DNA of 64,000 nt from Eledone cirrhosa (taxonomy: Eukaryota), in assembly GCA_964016885.1 (NCBI GenBank), contig OZ024741.1:83452001-83516000 (forward strand), in the 5' to 3' direction. The position numbers and the translations under genes were made by a program. Position 1 is the first letter of the stretch; each line of letters opens with the position of its first letter. The notes under the pieces are model-generated. The model saw nothing but the letters and a program-made list of their open reading frames with translations, was not told where the DNA came from and did no database searches. Below are positions 26,408 through 38,981 of the stretch, one piece after another.

Positions 26408-27277
26408 GATAGATAGATAGTTGTTCAATCCCACTGTGTGTCATATAACTTAGACGTGCCACCATCAATAGTATGTGAGGGGAATTCGCTTCACTAAAGT
26501 TGGCTGGATGCACATCGGGTGACCTACGCCTGTATTGCAAATAACTTTGTTACAAAATATATCTCGCTGAATTCTACAGAGAATTATGTCATTGTTTCAG
26601 GTCTCAAGTAAAATGATCATTGATGTAAACGTTGATTGAATAACTGGAAAACTTATTATCGAAACCGGCGGAGAGCCATTCGTTTTCTTTCCATCCAAGA
26701 CTCTTACCCATAATTCCACAACAACAATAACCCACAGAGATTGCAGGTCATTAAAACAAGGCCCAAAAAGCCAGTGTACAGAATTTGAAGGGAGATAAAA
26801 ATACGCAAGAGGAGACCAGCGAAGAATAGGGAATCCGGCAGATATCAAGCAAGGCAAACCTAACATAGCCAAGAGTTGCTAAGACCAGACAAGCCAGCGA
26901 AGACAAGACAAGGCCAGGCGGCGAGACAAGCAGAGGCTACACAATAGAAGACAACGCCAGTTAAGTCCAGCTAATACCAGTCAAGACTACTCAAGACAAA
27001 ACAAAATAAGAACAGCCAACACCAGCCAAGATCAGGGAAACCAGTTACCACCAGTCTAGACAGGTTTGAAGATATGAAAGGACATATCTGTAATATAATA
27101 ATTATTACCAAAAGGTAGATAAATGAAGTATAGCTTGATCTATTTTTAACTTTTTACAATCAACTATATTACTACTAAGATTGATAACAGCTATGTTTAA
27201 TTATAATTGATAATGGATTCACACTTTCTCTGTCTTTTACTTTTTCTCTTTCCCTCTCTCTCGCTCTCTTCATATAT

Positions 27278-27453
<176 letters not shown>

Positions 27454-27500
27454 TGTATGCATGTATGTATGTATATTATGTATACATATATATAACAAAG

Positions 27501-27720
27501 AGGGTGTGGTAATATACCAGGTGGAACATATACCACCTGAGTACACGATACTGAGGGTAGTAGAGTGGGTAATAGGGAAAGAGTCAGGACTCCGACGGCA
27601 GAGCCGTCGAAACGGCTTGAGCTCTACCGTCGGGGTTAAACATTTTCCTATTACCCACTGTATTACCCTAAGTATTGAGTACTCTGGTGCATTATGGTCC
27701 ATCTTGTTCCTTACCTCATG
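27501..27720. repeat. Fold-back repeat, ~100-bp arms (family of 23035-23195)
   Basis: ...GAGTACACGATACTGAGGGTAGTAGAGTGGGTAATAGGGAAA... pairs with ...TTTCCCTATTACCCACTGTATTACCCTAAGTATTGAGTACTC...; (TA)n on both sides. Confidence 0.85.
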
Positions 27721-27724
27721 AAAC

Positions 27725-27775
<51 letters not shown>

Positions 27776-27899
27776 TAACAGATTAAAGTTTAATAAATAT
27801 TTGCTCTACGGTTCTTATATATTTGATATATATTTATCCTTATCGAGCCCTCTTTGGATTTAATCTTCAAATTTATTATTTGTCATATACGACGGAATG

Positions 27900-28134
27900 C
27901 TTCTCTATATTATTCTTCGGAAAATATATTTACTCCATTCCAGAAACTAATTAGTTGGAAGTGATATTTTAGTAAGTAAGTTAATTTTATAATTTTCTTA
28001 TTTTACGTCTCTTATATTATTGTCTGCAACCCCATGCATTGAACCACACTGTTATTAAGACAAAACCTATATATTTGCTAGCATTGATATGCATCTGTAT
28101 GTATATATATGTTACTAGATATGAATTCTTTATT

Positions 28135-28140
<6 letters not shown>
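27900..28140 (+). repeat. Diverged copy of the 38694-38935 repeat (3' half of hammerhead plus downstream)
   Basis: CAGAAACTAATTAGTTGGA..GTAAGTAAG..ATAATTTTCTTATTTTACGT..GCATTGAACCAC..TAAGACAAAACCTATATATTTGCT is shared with 38745-38935. Confidence 0.8.
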
Positions 28141-28174
<34 letters not shown>

Positions 28175-28177
28175 CAA

Positions 28178-28370
28178 ATAATTGTTTCTACTTTTGGCAC
28201 AAGGCCAGCAATTACCCAGTGCATTACTGGTACTTTATTTTATCGACCCCGTAAGGATGAAAGACAAAGTTAACCTAGACGGGATTTGAACTCAGAATGG
28301 CAAGGGCCGTAACTCTATACATCAAAGCATGGCATCCAACCCTCTACCGATACTGCTAATTCACCGCCCT
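28178..28370 (-). mobile_element. tRNA-derived SINE with Nin-like central domain
   Basis: Minus strand: A-box-like TAGCAGTATCGG, B-box GAGTTCAAATCCC, CTTTCATCCTTACGGGGTCGATAAAAT, AT-rich tail. At least six copies in the window. Confidence 0.8.
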
Positions 28371-31300
28371 TATAATATAACAAATAATGTCTGTGTATCT
28401 GTTTCCCTAAAACTCGAGAAGTACCCAACCGTTTTTTTTTCAAACTTTACACATGTAATACGTATGGTCCTGTGGGTGTGTTGAGCAAAAACATTTTTCA
28501 AATTATTTAGTCCTACGGATCAAATTAGTGAAGTGGCCAATATCTGCACATAATGAGGGAGTGAGAGAGGAGAGAAAGAAACGGAGAGGCGAAGTGACGA
28601 AGTGGCTCTCTACTCCTCCTCCTCCATCTCCCCATTTGTCACAGCGTTTTTCGATAGAGGGGAGAAATGTGAGTGAGTTATAAAGAGAAAGAATGAGAGT
28701 GAAAGAAACAGACAGACTAAAAGAGTGGGATAGCGGGACAGAGAGAGAGGGAGAGAGAGCGACAGACGCTGTGTTTGATACATGACAGTGGAAGAGGGGA
28801 GGAAAGCTATAACTAATTAACATGTGTGCGTGCGTGTGTATGTGTGTGTTTGTGCAGCGTTCCACTAAGAGTTAAATCGATTAACAGTTGTATGTGTGTG
28901 TACGTGCACACGTCCTTGCGTTAGTTTGCGTGCGTTTGTGCGTTTGCGTGTGTGAGTGCGTGTGTGTACGTGCATGTGGCGTTTCACTCCGCCATTTTTT
29001 CAGTGACAACATATTCACTAACTTACATTCATTCCAACCGCTGCTCTTACTGTTACCCCTCTCCCTATCCATATCCCGGTTAAGACGACACTCATGGTTT
29101 AGCAATTACATAGTCAACCGTTCGGAAATCACATGCATTGGTTTTTAATTCACTGACGAGTTTACTCCTTACTCTACCAGTCAGTTTCAGTGTACTGCTT
29201 CCAGTTTTTAGGTCATGCCTCGAAGGAAGAGATACCCTATTGGCCGAAAATCTGCGAAAGCAGCAACAACAAGAACAGGTCGGGCAAACGAATCGTCAGT
29301 GGAATCTGTTATTCGACGGACGCAAGATGCTAAACGTGCTGCCACCAGAAGAGCACTTGAAACAGACAACCAACGAACCATTCGCCGAACACTAATGCCG
29401 AAACAACTTCTGTTGCACGAGCTGCCGAGACGGAAGACAGCGTAAAAGACGTCGGAGTACGGATGCTGCGAATACTGCTGCTGCGTGAGCTACACAGTCC
29501 TCTCAAGAACGAGACATTCGACTACAATGTAATGCTCAATGAAGGGCCTTTGGGCAGGGTATTTCAAGGCCATGTTGCTTGCGATGGTCCTTAAAAGCAT
29601 TCGAGTACAACTCTAACTTTGATTACAGTAGCCATCCAGACATGCGAATTGAGAGTATGCCAAAGACGTGCTCTTTCTGCAACGCAAAAAAGTGGCCCGG
29701 AGAAACACTTGGCTTGTTTTGCGCAAATAGAAAAGTAAAATTACGTCCCCTGGAGCATCCACCACAACTGTTGAAGCTCCTATATTCAGGCAGTACTGCG
29801 GAGTCACGGCATTTCCTGACTTACACCCGGAGGTATAACTGTGCTTTCCAAATGACATCTTTCGGGGCGAACATTGTCAAGGAAGGCGGATTTATGCCAA
29901 CATTTAAGGTGCAAGGTCAGGTGTACCATAGAATCGGATCCCTCCAACCTGCCGCCAATCAAGACCCTCAATTTCTTCAGCTGTACTTTGTTGGGAATGT
30001 CAAAGAGCAGGCAGACATGAGGAACTTCATTTCACCTGGTACCAAAGTCGAGCTTATAAGGAAACTGCAAGACATTCAGCACACAAGAGACAGCTGTCAT
30101 TAGCTTCAAGTATGCCTTGGAAGGAGATACCACAGTCAATTTTAATATGGTAATTGATACCTCGAAAATGCCATCTGGGGAGCATCCGGGTCGGTATAAT
30201 TATCCTGCATGCAATGAAATCGCTGTACTTATGCATGGGGAGTCAGCATGATCGACGAGACATTGTCCTCAATCGTCGAGATAGCACTCTTCAACGAATC
30301 AGCGGAACACATAGGTCTTACGATGCGCTCCTGTATCCACTTCTCTGTGTAAATGGTGAGGACGGCTATCAGTACGGAATTCACCAGCATAATCCAGTAA
30401 ACCCTCAACACTCCGTCTAAAAACCAGTTATAGGCATGGATTTCTACTCCTACCGCTTTATGGTTCACCACGATTCCTTCAATCACCTGCACCAGTCAAG
30501 AGACCTGCTTCGGCAATTTGCCGTTGATATGTGCGCAAAAATGGAATCGGAGAGACTGTGTTTCATACAGTCACACGAAAGGCATCTACGGTCCGAGAGC
30601 TACATTCATCTCCGAGATGCCATCAACAATGACGCAGCTCCCAGCAGCGTAGGAAAAGTCTGCATTCTCCCTTCCACCTTCACCGGAAGTCTGCGCTACA
30701 TGCACGAGAGAACGCAGGATGCTATGACCTACGTACAGCATTACGACAGGCCCGATCTGTTCATCACATTCACTTGCAATCCAAAGTGGAAGGAGATCGG
30801 AGCAGAACTGTTCCAAGGGCAACAGGCCAAAGACAGGCATGACCTCCTGGCCCGAGTCTTTCGGCTGAAGCTTATCAATCTTATGGAGCTCATCAAGAGA
30901 GGGCAAGTCTTTGGCCCAGTAAGGTGCGACATGTACGCCGTAGAGTGGCAGAAGAGGGGCCTCCCGCACGCCCACATCCTCATTTGGCTGTCAACAAAAA
31001 TATCTTCATATGACATTGACAGCATCATCTCCGCAGAGTTTCCCGCTCCGTCTATAGACAAAGACCTCTATGACATAGTGAAGACAAACATGGTCCATGT
31101 GGGCGGGGTTTCAATTTAAGCTCACCCTGCTTGAATAACAATGTCTGCAGCAAAAGATTTCCCCGAAGGTTCCTCCAAGAAACCCAGACTTACGTTGACG
31201 GATACCCACTGTACAGGCGACGCCAACCCGGAGAAGGTGGTTTTACAGCAACAGTTGGACAGCACGAGATCGACAACAGATGGATAGTGCCATACTGCCC

Positions 31301-34300
31301 ATTTCTTTCCAAGACCTTCGGTGCTCACATCAATGTCGAGTTCTGTAATTCCGTCAAGTCAATCAAGTACATATGTAAATATGTGAATAAGTGTTCAGAC
31401 GCTGCTATGTTCGGTCTTCAACAGAACAACATCTGTGATGAGGTCACGCAATACCAAGTTGGCCGTTACATCAGCAGCCCCGAGGTTTTCTGGCGTATTT
31501 TCGGCTTCCCTATACACCAAAGGCACCCTGTAATTCAACAGCTCGTAGTCCACTTGGATATCGGTTAAAGGGTATACTTCACTGACGTTAATGCTGCTCA
31601 AATGGTGGAGGAACCACGGGAAACCACCCTCACTGCATTATTCAAACTTTGTCAGGCCGATTCATTTTCTCAAACCCTGCTGTATCCTCAGGTGTCGTCC
31701 TATTACATATGGAATATACAACAATGTGTTCGCAGAAAGGTAGGTCAGCCTGTTAATGGACATCCTGGCATAACGTTTGGCAGTTGCCTAGGGAGAGTTT
31801 ACACAGTGCACCCGAACTAGCATGAGTGGTTCTACCTCCGTCTTCTTCTACATGAGATAAGAGGACCCCAGTCTTTTTATGACCTTAGAACTGCCGACGG
31901 TTCCATGTGCAGCACTTACAGGGAAGCTTGCTTCAAGCGCGGCCTGCTAGAAGACGGTGCGCAGTGGGATGCCACTTTTTTCGAAACTGTTGCATCTCAA
32001 TCGCCTATGCACCTACGAGCTCTATTTGCAGTACTGCTGCAAATTTGTGAACTGAGTAATCCTATCTCTTTGTGGCTCAAGTATACAGATGACTTATCCG
32101 AGGACTACAAACGTCAGGCGCCAGTGCAATACCATGAGATGGAACGTACCAGCGACGATGTCTTCAATCTATCGTTGATTGAGATAGAGGATAGAGTTGC
32201 ATCACTCGTCAGAAATTATTTGCCCTCATATGGTATGCCCCAAACAATCCGTACAGGGTCAAACATACTCCCTACAGCACTTCTCCAAGAAACGTCCTAC
32301 AACGTCGATGCTCTTACCAAGTACGTCCTTGAAACTGAACCACAACTTCCTCCGGACCAACGTCGTGCTTACACCATTGTTGCCGACCATGTGCGCCACA
32401 GAAAAGGAGGTATGTTCTTTCTGGATGCTCCTGCAGGGACGGGCAAACATTTTTAACGAGACTCCTCCTTGCAAAAGTCAGGATGCACAAGGATATTGCG
32501 GTTGCTGTTGCCTCTTCTGGAATTGCTGCCACTTTGTTGCCCGGTGGCAGGACCGCACACTCCAGTTTTAAATTGCCTCTCAATTTAACAACGTCAGAAA
32601 CGCCTACTTGTAGCATCAGCAAGACCTCCGACCAGGACCAAGTCCTAAAACGATGCCAGCTTATTGTGTGGGATGAGTGCACCATGACCCATTAGGGAGC
32701 TCTGGACGCATTAAATAGAGTTCTAAAGGACATCAGAGGCTACCAGGCTCCCATGGGAGGTGTTAGGCTTCTGCTTTCGTGTGACTTCAGACAGAATCTT
32801 CATGTCATTCCCAAAGGCACAAGAGCAGATGAGGTCCAAGCATGCCTAAAGCCTCTCCTCTGTGGCGCCATGTCAGGACACTGATTCTTACAACCAACAT
32901 GAGAGCTCAATTACACGGCGACCAAACGTCCGCGGAATTTGCTCAGGACATTTTGAAACTTGGCGACGGCAAAATACCTCTGGACGCTGCAGGAGAGCTG
33001 GAAGTGTGGCCATTTTCGATCTCAGTTAATTCTGCGGGGGAGCTGAAAGACAAAGCGTTTCCAGATTTGAGAGACAATTACCAGAACCACGTATGGTTGT
33101 GTGAAAGAGCAGTGCTAGCTCCAAAAAACGTCACTGTTAACAAAAACCAACGACCAACTACTGCACTCTATTCCTGGTTTTCTTCACACTTACAAATCTG
33201 TTGACACGATGCCAGATCCCAATGGAGTGGTGAACTTTCCGCCGGAGTTCCTCAATTCTTTGGAGCCCCCAGGACTACCGCTTCACATGGTTCTCCTTAA
33301 AGTTGGCACCCTGTGAATGCTGCTGCAGAATTTGGAACCACCAAGGCTGTGCAACGGGATACGGCTGGCTGTAAAAAAAATGATGGCACATGTAATCGAG
33401 GCAAAATTATTTCTGGATGCGGAAAAGGTGATCTTGTCTTCATTCCGAGAATTCCTCTCATTCCCTCGGGAGCAGAAATTCCGTTCACCTTCCAAAAACT
33501 CCAATTTCCGCTTCGTGTTAGTTTTGCTATGTCCATCAACAAGTCCCAGGGCCAGACTCTTTCTGTGGCCGGACATCTTCTGGAAGAACCGTGTTTCTCC
33601 CACGGACAATTGTACGTTGGGTGCTCTAGTGTGGGCAGCAGAGAAAGTCTTTTCGCATTTGAACGCCGAGGAAAATCAAGAAACATCGTTTACAACGAGG
33701 TGTTGTATATGCAACAGCGAGGAGATAGGTCGGTAATCATCATTTCTTTAGCCAGCCTGATGAACTTTTAAACAGTCTCTTAACTAAAACGTATATTTCC
33801 CTCGGTTTAAGGTGATCGTCTTCAGAGAGGAATCCAGCTTGGCAATCGGCGTGGCAATTTAAGGCGACTGAACGAATCGTGAACGGATACAGAATCATTC
33901 TAATGGCTGTCAATGAACGCAATTGAAGTCCTTTTTGTGGCCGTTGGAGAACGCAGTCAAAGTCCCTTCAAGGGCTGCAAGTGAACTATCAAACGGCCCT
34001 TTTTAGAGCCGAAATTGTTGATGGTGACCCCTCATTTTTATGGCTGTCAGTGAACGCACACACAAACCTATTTAAGGGGCCCTACTTGAAATTGTTTAAC
34101 GGCTAACGCAATGGTAAATTCAAATCGTCAAGCATCCGCTAAAACAGTGTTATAAGCGCTACAGTGGACAGAGAGGTACGTTATCGCTCTTCTTAAAAAG
34201 CCCGGTTTACCTTTACTTATTTTTCCTAACAACATGTTTTCCTTTGGTTAAAGGTGAACACACACACAACCCTTTCTTAGCCTACTCCCCCCTCTGCCAT

Positions 34301-34490
34301 GAAATTGGAAATTTATTTTGCTCACAACAATTATTTTTTTTTATTAACTCAGAATTGATTTCATCGTGTGTCCCAATTGAAGAATAAATTGAATTTAGAA
34401 TAACACATTTCTATACAACATATTTTGCTCTTTTATTCTAATATGTAAGCAACAATTTCATTCTCGGACAATGCCGGGTGCCTATGCTAG
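28369..34490 (+). mobile_element. Helitron (~6.1 kb), decayed formerly autonomous element
   Basis: RepHel pseudogene inside. The 3' end CGGACAATGCCGGGTGCCTATGCTAG|T has a subterminal hairpin and CTAG terminus. The 5' end near CTTATAATATAAC is approximate. Confidence 0.85.
29215..33771 (+). pseudogene. Helitron Rep/PIF1-like helicase (RepHel), multiple stops and frameshifts
   Basis: Zn finger CSFCNAKKW; HUH Rep motifs PDLFITFTCNPKW, VEWQKRGLPHAHILIW, KYICKYVNK; helicase motifs FFLDAPAGTGK, WDECTM, QFPLRVSFAMSINKSQGQTL, FSHGQLYV. Confidence 0.95.
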
Positions 34491-34504
34491 TATATATATA
34501 TAGA

Positions 34505-34598
34505 GAGAAAAGAGTCAGGACCCCGACGGCTGAGCTACGGCCGTTTCGACAGCTAGATCCGAACTGTTCGGATCTACGTGTCGAAACGGCCGGAGCTT

Positions 34599-34600
<2 letters not shown>
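34505..34600. repeat. Fold-back repeat (family of 23035) containing hammerhead 3'-half GAAA-CGGCCG-TA
   Basis: AGCTACGGCCGTTTCGACAGCTAGATCCGAAC T GTTCGGATCTACGTGTCGAAACGGCCGGAGCT. Confidence 0.8.
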
Positions 34601-34638
<38 letters not shown>

Positions 34639-34642
34639 GGGT

Positions 34643-34840
34643 GATGTGAGTATCCCGGATTCAATCTGGTGGTAACCACAGTAAGTAAGGTACTCAATGC
34701 AGAGCAGTGTATGAATATTTGATATAAAAACGACTTCTACAGGACCAGAACTGTTTCATTCGAAGGAAATCGCCAGGAAAGCCCTAATGATTTCCTCCGA
34801 ATAAAACTGTTCGGGTCCTGTAGAAGCCATTTCTATTTTT

Positions 34841-34924
<84 letters not shown>

Positions 34925-35038
34925 GTATATATATAAAAAATATATATACATATATATAGAGATAAATATTTATACTCTGCTGTGTATTGAGTACCTTACT
35001 TACTGTGGTCACCCTCGATTGAACCCGGGATAAACATC
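34643..35038. repeat. Fold-back element with two back-to-back decayed hammerheads; right arm interrupted by (TA)n
   Basis: CCCGGATTCAATC..ACCACAGTAAGTAAGGTACTCAAT pairs with ATTGAGTACCTTACTTACTGTGGT..GATTGAACCCGGG. The centre (34732-34828) matches the 43125-43177 ribozyme on both strands. Confidence 0.85.
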
Positions 35039-35065
35039 TCTCTCTCTTTCTCTCTCTCTCCCTCC

Positions 35066-35131
<66 letters not shown>

Positions 35132-35628
35132 CACCACACTTTAAACACAAATCGTTTAACGAATTTCTTGTTGTATAGAATCTATGATAGAACAAAAAGG
35201 CGAATATTTGGTGATAATAAGAATGATCGTGTTAGCGGTAAAGATTACAGTGGTAATAGTAAGAACGGCAATATCAAGTATAGATATATATATATATATG
35301 TACACAAGTGAGAAGAGCTCGTTAGTGTAAATTCAAGAGATGAGAATCCATTATGGCTGGATCTTTGCCCATTTTATGATAATAATTCACAGCCTTCAAT
35401 TCTCATCAGGAGTAAATGATGGCAAGTTTCGACTTGCAAGTAAGTGAAAACGGTATACGTGTACACATAAACTATTCACCTCCACACTTCCTTAGATAGA
35501 CAAAAGCAGACACATTCACACACACAAGCATAATCTTTCACACAGATACGTTTATATACATACACACTCACATGCATTCACATATTATATATGTGCATGA
35601 TATCAACAATCTATCTATCTATGCATCC

Positions 35629-35677
<49 letters not shown>

Positions 35678-36619
35678 AAAGATTTATTTAAAATTGTTGG
35701 GTTACAACGAGTATATATATATATATTTATATATATATACACGAGTATATGTATATGATTGCATGGGTCTTTATCAATGACCGAGTGAGTACTTTGTAGT
35801 TAAATGTCTGCTTCATTATATAAATCACTTTTATAAAGTGTTGTTCGAAGGGAAATGTTTCTATTTTGCAGTTTAAAAGGTGTTAAACATAAATCGAAAA
35901 AGGTGTTAAACATAAATCACTTCCCATCTAACGAGGGATCCTTACTCTTCTCTCTTATCCTGTTAGAAATATTAGTAATCTGTACTGCTGATTTTCTCTC
36001 AGAACTACGTTACAGGTACTTGTCTCTTTGGAATGCTCAGCCACGTATACCTCAATTTTACGAGCAGGCTGTTCCGTGGTTCGAACAACTAGAACGCTTT
36101 CTATCGAAATCGATGGAAATTCACTATATTCCATTCCTTTCATGTATATGATGTGTTCGGCCACTTCTACATAAACTTTAAGAGCAGGGTCGTCTGATCA
36201 TCGAACATCCGGCACACTCATGTATATGGAATGCCTCTTATAAGGTAATTTCACGAATAACCTTTTCCTTCGCTCGAGCAACAGGAAAACGTATGGTCGA
36301 ATCATTACGTATATAACTGTTGAATGCTCAGCCAATCGTCGCTAATTTCAGGAGCAAATTATTCCGTTAATAGAAAAACCTGTACAATTGCCCCCGAAAT
36401 CCACAGTAAACCAGTCCTTTCTATCAATGTATGTCTGAGAATTTTTTCTCGTTTAAGGATGACAAAATAATATATAATAGTGTGATGTACAGACTTCCTG
36501 AGCAAAAATCCTTCGACGAACAAACGTACTGATACGTGAAAGTAGTAAGCACCTACAGTCATATATATGCATTAGGATTAGTGCCTTAATTTCGTTTTCT
36601 ATTCGGGTCATTTATTGGT

Positions 36620-36965
36620 TTATTTTTGCTGCTGTTGTTGCAGTTATTGTTGCTGTTGCTAGCAAAAACGGTTTTGTTGTTGCTGTTCTTGTTTTTGTTA
36701 TTTTGTACTGGTGGTGGTTGTGGCGATGTTGATGTAGTTGTTGCTGTCATTTGGATGATACTCTTCTGGATATTGATGCGGTTTTTATTGTTATAGTTGG
36801 TAGTGGTGTTGCTGAGTTGCTGAATGTTGTGTTGTTACTGTCTTTGTTGTCGCTAAAGGTTGAGATGGCGTTGGTGTTATTGCTGTCGCTGTTATAGTTC
36901 ATGATGATCTTAGCGTTGTTGTTGTTGATGGTAGTGTTTATATCTTGAAGTGCCACTTCCTGCAA
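36620..36965. repeat. Degenerate (GTT/GCT)n trinucleotide low-complexity tract
   Basis: Repeated gttgtt/gctgtt units. Confidence 0.8.
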
Positions 36966-37283
36966 CTATATATAATTGCCAGATATAATAGGTCTAACTA
37001 GCTTGTTATGTTCCTTATCTCAATAGAAAAACAATAATAACAACAAGAAACCTAATATAAATAAAAATAATACATTACAACTTCCTGACATTTCAGCTGT
37101 TACATTGTTTAAAAAATAATATAAGATGCAAATTATATACATATACTCACATGCACACACAATACACACACACACACACACACAAACACACGAACACACA
37201 CACACGCGCACACACACGCACACACGCGCACGCACGCACACACACACACACACACACATGTATATATATATGTATATATATAT

Positions 37284-37369
<86 letters not shown>

Positions 37370-37637
37370 GGAAAAAATTAAACGAAATTTCATTTCTCAC
37401 TCACTCTTAGTACAGCTGTTACTTAAATATAGGTATGTGTACGTACATACATAAATGTATACAGACATACAGTAGTATGTATATATATACATCCATGCAC
37501 ACATATATATATATGTACGTATGGATTTACCGAACATTTATTATAATGCTCGGTTTGTTTGTAAACAAACATCCCGAATTAAGCCGTACAGTGTTTAGCA
37601 ACCATCGTTGCTCTTTTTGTTCAACACTGACAAAGGA

Positions 37638-37680
37638 ATGATGTACTAGTTTCAAACTTATTTGCTATCGTCAGCACCGT
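37638..37680 (-). ncRNA. Minimal type I hammerhead motif
   Basis: Minus strand reads acggtg CTGACGA tagcaaataagttt GAAA CTAG TA catcat. Confidence 0.65.
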
Positions 37681-38012
37681 ATACCTTCCTGCCAGATGAT
37701 TGAACGTCTGAAAGTATATACTTTCGTGATGCATATTAACGGCTGAGCAGCCTAATTTGCATGTATGTATATATATATATATACTACTGATGTCTGTATA
37801 CATATATGTATGTACGTACACATACTTATATTTAAGTAACAGCCGTACTAAGAGTGAGTGAGAAATGAAATTTCGTTTCATTTTTTCCATTTATCGTTTT
37901 CCGTGCGTCCGGCCGATTAACTCACTCGATATGCAAATTAGGCTGCTCAGCCGTTAATATGCATAAGTAAAGTATATACTTTCAGACGTTCAATCATCTG
38001 GCAGGAGGGTAT

Positions 38013-38055
38013 ACGGTGCTGACGATAGCTAATAAGCTTGAAACTAGTACATCGT
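38013..38055 (+). ncRNA. Minimal type I hammerhead motif
   Basis: acggtg CTGACGA t agct aata agct t GAAA CTAG TA catcgt. Stem I keeps pairing despite changes on both strands relative to the 7779 copy (U-A to G-U). Confidence 0.85.
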
Positions 38056-38262
38056 TCCTTTGTCAGTGTTGAACAAAAAGGGCAACGATGATTGCTAAAC
38101 ACTGTTCGGCTTAATTCGGAATGTTCGTTTACAAACAAACGGAGCATTATAATAAATGTTCGGTAAATCCATGCGTACATATATATATATATATGTGTGT
38201 GCATGTATGTATATACATATACTACTGTATGTATGTATACATATATGTATGTACGTACACAC

Positions 38263-38302
<40 letters not shown>

Positions 38303-38421
38303 GAAGGCGTGTGGCTGAGTGGTTAGAGAATTGGATTCACAATTGTGAGGCTGTGAGTTCGATTCCTGGACCGGGCGATGCGTTATGTCCTTGAGCAAGA
38401 CACTTTATTTCACGTTGCTCC
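38303..38421 (+). mobile_element. tRNA-derived SINE with CORE-like domain (truncated)
   Basis: A box TGGCTGAGTGG, B box GAGTTCGATTCC, then TGTCCTTGAGCAAGACACTT. Confidence 0.75.
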
Positions 38422-38534
38422 TTCTACCTGGAGTTGCGACCGATAGATAGTATTAGCAACTGGAAAGAGCGAGGAAACATTGTTTCCTCGGTCCGATTTG
38501 ACGAAAGTTGATCGATTAAAAAAAAAAAAAAAAT

Positions 38535-38930
38535 ATATACGAAAAACGGAAAATAAGAAAATTATAGTAATTAGCTTACTTACTCAAATTTCAGTGTCCT
38601 GGAATTTAGTCCCCCTTTGCTCTTTTCCATCCACTGAATTTTTTGGATAAGTTCCCTGAGTCCACGCATCGCCAGGTATCTTAGCTGAGAATGACTTCCT
38701 GATGACGAAAAGGTTTCTCCATGAGCTCCATGTATATTCCCTTTCAGAAACTAATTAGTTGGAGTGAAATTTAAGTAAGTAAGCTAATTACTATAATTTT
38801 CTTATTTTACGTTTTTCATATAATTGTTCTGCATCCCCTTGCATTGAACCACAAAGTTACTAAGACAAAACCTATATATTTGCTTGCATGGGTATACATC
38901 TGAATATATATGTTGGTAGATATACTAATT

Positions 38931-38935
<5 letters not shown>
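38535..38935 (+). repeat. Hammerhead-bearing repeat with an upstream inverted arm
   Basis: 38535-38596 is the reverse complement of 38763-38822. A second copy lies at 27900-28140. Ends in (TA)n. Confidence 0.75.
38694..38765 (+). ncRNA. Type I hammerhead motif with extended stem II
   Basis: acttc CTGATGA c gaaaagg...ccctttc a GAAA CTAATTAG TT ggagt. 5-bp stem I (one G-U), palindromic stem III, GUU triplet. Confidence 0.65.

Positions 38936-38981
<46 letters not shown>

Larger units (their letters stand above)
37365..38280. repeat. Second cluster of the 427-bp hammerhead repeat: inverted unit, then partial and near-full direct units
   Basis: 37365-37762 resembles 7343-7722; 37763-38280 resembles 7958-8460 (shorter by internal truncation). 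Flanked by (TA)n. Confidence 0.9.

Noticed and set aside
38303-38380. tRNA-like sequence
   Set aside because: It has A/B boxes but no complete cloverleaf and continues into a CORE-like domain, so it is a SINE head.
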